64,000 nt of DNA from Cirrosporium novae-zelandiae. Its lineage: Eukaryota. The stretch spans positions 1 to 64,000 of the forward strand of contig JAPETS010000026.1 of the NCBI GenBank assembly GCA_026023565.1. Reading direction: 5' to 3'. Positions 1 to 9,064 of the stretch are shown here, piece by piece. The translations under genes were made by a program, and so were the position numbers. Below the pieces are notes generated by a model. It saw nothing but the letters and a program-made list of their open reading frames with translations, was not told the DNA's origin and did not search any database. Numbering within the stretch: the stretch's first letter is position 1; each line of letters starts with the position of its first letter.

Positions 1-125
1 CCTAACCCTAACCCTAACCCTAACCCTAACCCTAACCCTAACCCTAACCCTAACCCTAACCCTAACCCTAACCCTAACCCTAACCCTAACCCTAACCCTA
101 ACCCTAACCCTAACCCTAACCCTAA
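1..125. repeat. Telomeric repeat (CCCTAA)n / (TTAGGG)n, about 21 units; left chromosome end
   Basis: Perfect CCCTAA tandem array from base 1 to 125, the canonical filamentous-fungal telomere repeat. Confidence 0.99.
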
Positions 126-338
126 AATGTCTCGCATCTATCCGCACAGTACTGTAAACTGATCTCACCAATTCATAGAACCTTCATCTCAAGGATAAAA
201 ATGGGGTAATTAGTTCCCTCGGGACTTGGAATGATAAGCTAGTGTTAGTGAGAGGGGAAGAGAGGGAGTTGAAGGTCAATGTCGTTATTAGGCTGATTTG
301 AAATGATACTTAACTATGTGGTGTTGTGTTGCACGTAG

Positions 339-604
339 CCCTGGACCACGGAAGAAGATTCTGATTCGAAACAGGCCCTGGAGTACATCACTAAACTGGT
401 CACTGCTGCACTGTCAAGGCATATATGCAAGGGTCCATGGTGATGAGCGTGCCGAGGTATACCCGAGATTTTCCTGAATTTCATGCCGAAGAGCAGGGTG
501 TCAAGCACGTCACCGGGTAATAGACGACCAAGGAAGAGGACCAACTGCGGTCTAATGTGCTTCGGCGTTGTGTTGACGAAACTCAGAAAGAGCTTCATGT
601 GTAG
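339..604 (+). pseudogene. Possible degenerate Myb/SANT-repeat gene relic
   Basis: Translates PWTTEEDSDSKQALEY at 339 and, in another frame, VTG**TTKEEDQL at ~509-547, where TAG at 521 sits at the expected Trp. These resemble two Myb W-T-x-E-E-D starts about 60 codons apart, with a frameshift and stops. Confidence 0.3.
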
Positions 605-738
605 TAGATCATAGCTCTTTGAGCCAACAGCCATAAGTAAATATGTTCTCCTTCTAGTTATACATGATGCTCTCCTTTCATCATTCACCAATTGCATCTT
701 GCCTCCCTAAAGAAGGTCTAGCCTCTTCTCTCTCCACG

Positions 739-2586
739 ATGAAGCAGTACATCCAATCCGTATCCCAAAATTTCAACAAGACATTGGCTCTTTCTTGTAG
801 TCTGATTGCCCTCTCGACATTTAACTATGGCTTCGATAACCAGGGATTCGCGACGTCACAGGCGATGGATGCCTTTGCAAAACGATTCGGGGTCTGGAAT
901 GAGGAAGACCAGGAATATGAGCTAGAGGCTTATTTCGAGAGTCTGCTGAACAGCCTGCAGTACATTGGGTTTGCCGTTGGTATGAAATAACCCTTTCTTT
1001 TCATCGTACGTTCAATTCTTGTTATTGCAGGATGTTATTCGCTAATATAACTACCATGTTATAGGATTGTTAATAGGCAGCAAGACAAGTTCGAGATTTG
1101 GGCGAAGGATGTGCATGTTCTGCATGAGCTGCTATGCCATTGTCACTGCAACTATTGTCATCACCTCGCAATCAAGATGGCAGATCCTGTGTGGGCGGAT
1201 TCTCAATTGTGCAGTTGAACTTTGATACCTTCGAGATGGTACATTCCTCGGTCGTTAACACCTTTTGTAGATGTTTATATCGGCATGGAGCTTTCTGTGG
1301 TCCTTGTCTTTCAAGCAGAAATAGTTCCTGCATCCGTACGTGGGATGATTGTGGGAACATATCAATTGAGTCTGATAGTGAGTGTGTAAGCATACCTCTT
1401 TTCGATAGATGTGTTCTAATCGCTTTGAGAACAGCTTGGAGGACTCGTTATCAATTCGGTCTGTAGAGCCACAAGCGTAATCCAAGACGATAGAGCATTT
1501 CGGATTCCTTATGGCCTCTTCTATATCGTCCCAACAACTATACTGTCTCTGATATGGTTCATCCCGGAAGTATGTGCTTTCAACCTAGTATCTGTCTTCA
1601 CAGACTAAAAGTACTCTCTGTCTCCAGTCACCACGTTGGCTACTCCTTCAAGGCAGACTCGAAGAGGCTGCTGCAAGCCTCACGCGTCTCCGTGCCGGCA
1701 CCCTCTCCGAAGTCGAAATCATGGAGGAACTAGAGGGCCTCCGTCTAGGTTTAGTGTCCGAGGAGGAAAAAGGCCAGTTTGTAGAACTCTTTCAAGGGGT
1801 GAACTTCAAGCGCACAGCCATTGTTGTGGGTACGCATTTTTTCCAGCAAGCGACGGGCCAGGCCTTTGTATCGCAGTATGGAACACTGTATACAAAGCAG
1901 CTTCATTCCATCAACGCATTCGATGTCACCATCATTACCGCCTGCATCAATGCGGTCACGAACATGTTTTGTCTCATCATGAATGATCGGATTGGGAGAC
2001 GGTAAATCTACTCTTACCTTTTTTCGTCCTGCCATAATGTGTAGCACCGCTATCAAGTCCAAGTGCAACTAACACTTCAAACAGGCCTCTCCTGTTGGCC
2101 GGATCAATTGTGCAGATTGCTGGGCTCTTTACAATGGGCGGCCTGGGAACACCCGAGACCATAACCCCAGAAATGAAATCCGGGATCGTTGCCTGCCTCA
2201 TCGTCTTTGCCTTTGGCTTTTCCTTAGGCTGGGCACCGCTCACATATGTAGTCGCTTCCGAAGTTCCTGCCTTGAGACTCAGAGACATGTCCCAACGAAC
2301 AGCCGGGATGGTCAACATTGTCACCAGTTTTGTTGTGGCATTCACCATCCCGTATCTCTTGTACACTCCATACGCTGCCCTTGGTTCGAAGGTCGGGTTT
2401 ATTTTTGGGTCTCTTGCATTCCTCAGTCTTATTTTCACCTATTTCTGTGTGCCAGATTGTAAGGGGAAGCCTCTGGAGCAGATCGACAGTTTGTTCCATC
2501 AAGGTGTGCCGGTTAGGAAATTTAAGAGCGTGCCGTGTGGGTTTGATGGATATGGAGAAAGAGGACGGAAGGGCGTGGATATTTGA
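739..2586 (+). CDS. MFS sugar porter (maltose/alpha-glucoside permease-like), about 6 exons
   Basis: Spliced reading gives MKQY...STFNYGFDNQGF...SRFGRR...CGRILN...QAEIVPASVRG...FIPE/SPRWLL...FFQQATGQAF...DRIGRR...LGWAPLTYVVASEVP...VPDCKGKPLEQID. GT-AG introns at about 980-1064, 1209-1270, 1378-1434, 1570-1627 and 2002-2084. Confidence 0.92.
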
Positions 2587-2810
2587 GTTGTTTGGATCAG
2601 GATTGGTGATGAACGAAAATAAAAGGATGATTTCTATTGACGCAATGAAGTAAATATAAGGTAGAAAAGATCATTCAAGGGCAAATACCTAATAATAAGG
2701 ATGTTGAATATTAACGCATGTTGTCAAGTTTGTGAAATGAGGGTAAACTTCAACAATAACAAGAAGCGCGGTGAAGATCGTGGCGATTGAGATGAAGAAT
2801 CAAAAAATTT

Positions 2811-2990
2811 CTCTTGACAGGTAGAAATGAAAGGGACTAAACCTAAAAGACAACCCCGGAAAGCGTCCTTAGGGCTTTGGGGAGGCCTTCGAATTTAATT
2901 ATTGAAAACTGATTTTTAAAAGGCCTCCTCAGGATCACATTTCTAGTTGCATCTTTGGATCTAGTCGCCTTCATTTCTATCCGTGGAAAG
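2811..2990. mobile_element. ~180-bp foldback element with long imperfect inverted arms (MITE-like), copy A, most complete
   Basis: Left arm ctcttgacaggtagaaatgaaagggactaaacc...ggggaggccttcgaa pairs with right arm tttaaaaggcctcctcaggatcacatttctagttgcatc...ccttcatttctatccgtggaaag, which is followed by TA. Related copies at 4732, 14655 and 19755. Confidence 0.7.
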
Positions 2991-3384
2991 TAGAGATGGT
3001 AATTGAAACAAATCGAATAAAGGAAATGGGACGAAGAAACGAAAAGGTCAACGAAACTAAGAAATAATAGCCAAACACCAACGTCCAACACCTACTTGAG
3101 CTGGTAATTTCGAGCAATGCTGTGCAAGAACTAGTACAAAGTATGCATAGAGTACTTGACGCCATGTGATCTCTCTTTTTGATGGATAAAAGCAGAGGAT
3201 GGAACCTCTAGCCATTTCATATCTTCTCGTACTCGATACATTAACGCCACTTACTAGCCGTTCTTGCTTCAGACACTGACAGAGATGATTTGACTTTAAA
3301 AAATGGAGAGCATCAACATCTCACCATCTTCATAGAATACAGCCATGATACGATCCAGTAAAGTCAACTTTCCACAAGAACTTA

Positions 3385-4009
3385 TCAGGCGCTCAAAAGT
3401 AGGGAGTCCAACCCCACCAATCCGTCATAAGCCTTCCGCCTCTCCCTCATATGATCATGTCCCCCTTTGCATGTACCATCATTTCTCCCAGAGCAGTGGC
3501 TGGCCATTGGATCTGTCGCTTCGTTTGGACAAGAAGGGAATAAATGGACGTCCATACAGTCGGAATCTTGACAAGGTTGAGATTTCTTGGAGCTCTACGG
3601 AGGAAGGGGTTGTTAGCTTTATCTCGAGTTGAAGGGAGTACTTTGAGGGAGAAAGAACCTGGCAGAGCTTCAACATCCAAGGACATCCAGATTTCCTTTC
3701 ATATGGACAATCATAGCTCATGAGCTCGTAAGGACAAACTGCATGGACAAGACGAGAGTCGTACTCAGTGATACGTCCAGATTCTGGAGAAGAGGGTGGA
3801 AGCTTCACAAGTGGACGAGAGAAATTGGGGTTGTTGGAGAAGAGCAACTCGGATTCCTTCACATCGAGAAAGGAATTATTTGAAATTCCTGAGCCAGAGA
3901 GGCCAGAAGAGGCAGTATTGTCGGTGGTGATTTGAAGGTTGATGGTAATAGTGGTGCCTGGAAGGGCAGATATGGAGATGGGTTGAGGATTGCTCATTTT
4001 AACTGACAT
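3385..4009 (-). CDS. Small (186 aa) tandem CCCH-type zinc-finger protein, 2 exons
   Basis: Intron 3658-3595 (GTTCTT...GCTAAC...TAG, 64 nt, phase 0) joins ORF 4009-3659 to an open exon 3594-3385. The product contains CQSSKKSQPCQDSDCMDVH (C-x8-C-x4-C-x3-H) and CPNEATDPMASHCSGRNDGTCKGGH, preceded by a degenerate CPYELMSYDCPYERKSGCPW unit. Confidence 0.65.
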
Positions 4010-4731
4010 GATAAATATTGAGGCGTAGTGCGGATGAGATGTTGTTAAATCGAGATGTAAGACTAATCAAGCTAAGAGAAAAATGTTGAAAATGGTAACA
4101 CGAGCTCATTGGGCATCAACAGTCATATTGGCACCGGAGTTGAGCTTAAGCAGATAGAGTGATGGGCTATAATGTGTAGTAGAATACATCCGAAGCTCTG
4201 ATAATGGACATAGGAAATTACTTGAGTTCAAAGGACGATGGAATGTTGCTCTCATCTTCCGAAAGTATGGGGTCATGGGATGCATTTACATGGGCTCCCC
4301 GCTTTGTTCAACATAACAGAGTGAGCCACACAACGTCATGATGAGAAGAGCTGTTTTCTTGGCTCATTGGGGTTGGAGAACTGGGGAACAAGTAAATTAG
4401 TTCTCTGATATTATTGGGACCATAAATACCCCTTCAAACCATGATCTTTCGGGGGCACGTGGGAGGTTAAACCTAATTGCTTGGGCACCAGCGGGATGAG
4501 ATCAAGATGTTGATGAATTGAGGGTGGCGCGGATGGGGATTACAAGATAGGTACATGGATCAATATCTACAGAAATACCAGTAAAAAGTAAACAATGGGG
4601 TCGCGCGGCTCGTCCCGCTTGCTCGGCGTTTACTTTATGTAGTCAAACTGAAAATAATTTCTAAGCTTTTCATGCTGCATTCACCCTTGCAATAATTACA
4701 TACCTAAGGTACCTGCCTCGGTATTTTATTA

Positions 4732-4840
4732 CTTTCGACGAGTAGAAATGAAAATGACCAGCCCCAAAGGTGGAACCAGAAAAGTGATCTTCAGGAGGCT
4801 TATCCAATAACAATTCAATTTAAAGGTCTCCTCAAAGTCT
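4732..4840. mobile_element. MITE-like foldback element copy B (truncated; spacer inverted relative to A and D)
   Basis: TA|ctttcgacgagtagaaatgaaaatgaccagccccaaaggtggaaccagaaaagtgatcttcaggaggc...caataacaattcaatttaaaggtctcc aligns with the arms of copies A and D. Confidence 0.65.
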
Positions 4841-5074
4841 GAAAATAAAAATTAATTGCGAAAACCTAATCTTGAAGACCCATTGCGACAATGTCCAAAC
4901 CTCTGTTTGAAGCTATCTGAGATCAACAGACTATTTCTAGCCATACATTCACTATCTGCGCGGGAGAAATTATCTACTAAAAAGTACCTGGCCCGGAAAA
5001 GTGACCTCTATCAGCTAGTTCCGCTCCGCAGATTGGAAATACACAACTTAAAAGAATGTCTTCCTCAGCACTCC

Positions 5075-7292
5075 TTAAACTGTCCTTTCAACCTCCATCT
5101 TCTCCACCCCTTTCATACCCTCAGTCTTGCCCCTCAATTCTTCCTCAATGGCTCTCATTCGAGCCTTCTCCTCAACCGCTGCAGTGTCTCCAAACACAAC
5201 ATCCATATCTTCTAAACTTCTGCCCCTGGTTTCTGGAACAAAGAAAACCGTGAATCCAAGCGCCAATAGACAAAACGCAGCGAAGAAGATGTAGGTGCCC
5301 CATTCGATGGAGGAAAGCATGTCAGGAGTCACAAGCCCAATGATAAAATTGCACATCCATGTGGCCGATGTGGTGATGGACATTGCTTTGGAACGGATAG
5401 AGAGGTTGAAGATTTCAGAGGGAAGGACCCAACCGATTGGAGCTATTATCCTCAGGAAAGGTTCGATTAGAATGAGCTCTTATATTATTGTTCTAAGCAA
5501 TAGGAAGTTATAGTTCAGGAGAACCGGTGAAAGACTTACCAAATGAGTATGAGAAGTTGATATCGTAAATGTAGACAAAGGCAATGCCAACCCAACCTGC
5601 AGTCTTGTGATCAACTAGATCTGACCCATATTTTCCGATAATGGCTCCGACAATGACGAGTGAGATACAAGTTCCTATGGAGCCGCACATTAGTAAGACA
5701 CGGCGGCCAACTTTGTCGATGAGGAAGAGAGCTGGGAGTGTGCTGAGGGTGTTGACAATGCCGTAGACACCCGTCGCTAACAAGGAACTGGTGTTGCCGC
5801 TTAGCCCTAGCTGACCGAATATGGTAGGAGCGTAATAGATGATCGCTGGGTTACATGTAAATATTAGCCACTTATTGGTGCCTCATAATTGAAGGTGATC
5901 AGTGGCGGCTCACCATTGCAACCCATAAATTGCTGAAAGAACATGATGCAACAACCAATAGCGAGGCGTCTAAAATTAGGCCAGGTATTCACAAGCGACA
6001 CGTACTGCGCGACTTCAAGCTTGACCCCACTCATGTTGCCATGAAGTTCCTTGATATGCGTCTGTTCAAACAATACTTCGGTCTTAATGTCCAGATATTC
6101 TTGCTTTAACAGCCCATTCTCTCTATCCAGTCGTCTCAGCTTCGACAAGGCGACCATAGCATCCTCATCGCGGCCTCGCATCAACATCCATCTAGGCGAT
6201 TCGGGAAACATGAACATCCCGATGCCCAAAATGAGGGCTGGGACAATCTGGAGAGCGAATGGTAGGCGCCATGATACTTCAGATTGGCCGGTGCAACCGT
6301 CAGGGCCAACATCGTGACGAGGATCGAAAGTACGGTCTGAAGCGGTGCCGCCGGAGTAGGGAATAGAAGGATCACAACGAGTACCACCAATAAAGTGCGT
6401 GCCGTACTCAATCCAATATGAGAGGAGGATCCCAAGTGTAATAGATACTGTTGATCGTTGTCAGGGATAGCCCTTTGAAGACACTCATGAAATCCGACTT
6501 ACATTGTTGAAGGACTATAAGTGTACCACGGACACGAGGTAAGGATACCTATGTAAAATTAGCCGCAAGTCATCTTTAAATGAAAAGGATCCACCAATAA
6601 GTACCTCTGCCATATACATTGGGACAATTGTCGTTAGCATTCCCACTGCTAAGCCCGCAATAGCCCTTCCTAGCAGTAATTATGATAGTATCAGTAACCT
6701 GTGTGATTTAATTGTTGGTGTTAAGAAATAACCCACCAGCGAAAAGCATGGGTATGGTCATAGCAGCCGCCTGCAATGTAGATCCGACAGTAAATATACA
6801 AACAGCAATTTCCATGGCAAATTTCCTGCCCCATCTGTCTGCCGCTGGTCCGTTTAGAAGCGATCCAAACCAGGCAGCTATATTTTATTAATTCATTGCT
6901 CTCATTAGCCAACGGCCTTTGAAATAGTTATTTCAGAAGTTGACCAGCCTTACACAGTAGAAGTGTCGAAACAAACCATCCTTCGAAGCCGCTATCAAGA
7001 TAGATCCGAGGAAACCTGGCTCCGAACGACTCCATCGTCAACACCTCGGAGATGGCACCTTGATCATAACCAAAAAGGAAACCACCAAGAGATGAGAACT
7101 GGGCCCTCGCATGTCAGTTGCATTTGTATCCAGGAGTAAGGGAGTCTCACATACCGCAGTTACACCAAAAATATAAGGATTTTCCAAGAGAAGTCGTCTA
7201 ATGCTCTTTACGGGAGCATCATCCATACCATCTTGAGCTGCAGCCTCATTAGGCGAGACAGCATTCACCTCGTTGACTTTTGTGTCGGTCAT
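5075..7292 (-). CDS. MFS sugar porter (monosaccharide/H+ symporter family), multi-exon
   Basis: Spliced reading gives MTDTK...NPYIFGVTA/FSSLGGFLFGYDQG...FPESPRW...FFQQFMGCN...IDKVGRR...SITTSATWMCNFIIG...FVPETRGRSLEDMD, which are the sugar-porter signature motifs. Confidence 0.93.
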
Positions 7293-7457
7293 ATTGTTGT
7301 CGTCGAGTTGATGTTATCCAAAGATTGGAGACGCACTGGGGGACCGAAGTGATGGAACTGGGGTAGAATGCCCCATCTTTTATAGATTGGATCTTTCATT
7401 GTGGAGCGATATGCGGGGAGAGTGGAATTTGGTTGCTTTGGTTGATGAATCCCTGCC

Positions 7458-7474
7458 CGGAGTAGACCAGTCCG
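7458..7474. promoter_or_regulatory. Gal4-type UAS CGG-N11-CCG (CGGAGTAGACCAGTCCG)
   Basis: Exact CGG-N11-CCG in the divergent porter/kinase promoter, about 75 bp upstream of the porter TATA box (CTATAAAAG on the minus strand at ~7377-7385). A repeated CGGAGTAGA half-site follows at 7487. Confidence 0.7.
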
Positions 7475-7678
7475 GAGAATCTTGTACGGAGTAGAACAAG
7501 AGTTGGTGTCAAAGTTGGTCGGTGCTAGGCGCTATTTGCATCTAGAAATATTTTCCCCACATAACAGGAGCGAAGTCAGCAGACTTGAACACTAAAGAGA
7601 ACCCTGGTAAATTTCTTGCACCCGTCACCGTCTTAGTTTTGTCTGCTGAGCTGCTCACCAGACGACTCGTCTGTTTTG

Positions 7679-7695
7679 CGGACCACTGTGCTCCG
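7679..7695. promoter_or_regulatory. Gal4-type UAS CGG-N11-CCG (CGGACCACTGTGCTCCG)
   Basis: Exact CGG-N11-CCG; 14 of 17 positions match the classical consensus CGGAGGACTGTCCTCCG. Confidence 0.75.
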
Positions 7696-7914
7696 CAGGG
7701 TATTGATCGGCAATTATTCTGAAAAGCTCCTTGACAATGAGAGAGAATGCAACTAAAATTATTTATCATGACCTGAGGAACCTTTCCTTGATCATGAGAT
7801 TGATGACAATGAGTCCGTATAGATGGTGAGCTCTCATTGTCTCTCATCCGTCCTTCTCTCGTTTTTTATCTTGTTCATTTACTTATACACGTCACATTCA
7901 ATCTCAAGCCCGTT

Positions 7915-8601
7915 ATGGATGCTATATATTCAGTCCTGACTGAAAGAGCTCGAAAGGCAGTCCGCCAGCTCTCCCAGAGCGAACAGAGACGGGCTGTGAT
8001 TGCTCTGGCTGGCCCTCCAGGATCGGGAAAGTCCACAATTGCAGCCAAAGTTGTGAAGAATCTCAATGACCAGGCTACGCGGCCATTCGCTGTTTCGGTG
8101 CCTATGGACGGATTTCATCTTTCACGAGCGACATTGGATAAATTACCAAACCGTGACGAAGCGTATGCAAGACGTGGAGCGCCATGGACCTTTGATGCAG
8201 ATGGGGTGCTGGACTTGGTACAACATCTTTGTACTTCTCGAGCTCTTAATATCGGGACCATATTAGCACCAAGCTTCGACCACGTCATGAAGGACCCTGT
8301 GAAAGACGCCATACTGATTCCTGAAGATTTTACCTTGGTTATTTTGGAGGGAAATTATCTCTTACTGGATCGAGAACCTTGGCGACAAATCAACGAACTT
8401 GTGGACGATACCTGGTTCGTAGATGTTGCCCCAGACTTGGCCAGGGAGAGAATTGCAAAACGGCATATCAAGAGTGGAATTGAGCTGGACTGGACAAGCG
8501 CTATTGCTCGAGCCGAGAGCAACGATATTTTGAATGGGGCTGAGATTCGGAAATATCTTATCAAACCTTGTATTACTGTTCAAAGTGTGAATGTAAGATG
8601 A
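7915..8601 (+). CDS. P-loop kinase, phosphoribulokinase/uridine kinase/PanK family (YFH7 / YggC / FrcK-like)
   Basis: Single exon. Walker A IALAGPPGSGKST plus family motifs VPMDGFHL, RRGAPWTFD, PSFDH..KDPV, ILEGNYLLL and AESNDILNG. The likely start is the ATG at 7915. Confidence 0.9.
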   Translation: MDAIYSVLTERARKAVRQLSQSEQRRAVIALAGPPGSGKSTIAAKVVKNLNDQATRPFAVSVPMDGFHLSRATLDKLPNRDEAYARRGAPWTFDADGVLDLVQHLCTSRALNIGTILAPSFDHVMKDPVKDAILIPEDFTLVILEGNYLLLDREPWRQINELVDDTWFVDVAPDLARERIAKRHIKSGIELDWTSAIARAESNDILNGAEIRKYLIKPCITVQSVNVR

Positions 8602-9064
8602 TATTCACGTACCTTAAATTTGATTGGCAAGTGTTAAAGGTAGTGAACTTTAGGATTCGGCTTCGATCTTGTCAGTGGAAAAGGATGGCACTCTTTACCG
8701 AGCAGCCGCCGTTAGAGTGATGGCATGACGCCTCTTCTAGGGGCAGAATACGACTAAGCTTAAGTTGGATGGGTTAGACAAAGGTACTTTATTGTGCGTG
8801 TACCTAGGTAGATGGATGACTGCTGCCATGGAACCAAGGTTGGTGGAGGAAGCTTTGTAGCATTTTACTCCCCTATAATACATAGTACACAGTGCAAGCT
8901 CCAGTACACACTTGAATTAATTTTATATTCTAGTGCATGAAGCCCTCCCCAAAAATTATAATATGAAGAATTCATTTAGATCTAGTTGTTTTCACTTCTA
9001 CCCATCGAAAGTAATATATACCTAGGTATATAGCTATACATAATCCAGATTACTTCCCGATAAA

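Noticed and set aside
548..564. Gal4-like site upstream of the telomeric sugar porter (CGG-N11-TCG)
   Set aside because: One triplet is mismatched and the site is single, so it is not enough to place this porter in the regulon.
7837..7914. N-terminal hydrophobic extension of the kinase shown in the ORF track
   Set aside because: It begins at a TTG in pyrimidine-rich leader-like sequence; the ATG at 7915 fits the family length.
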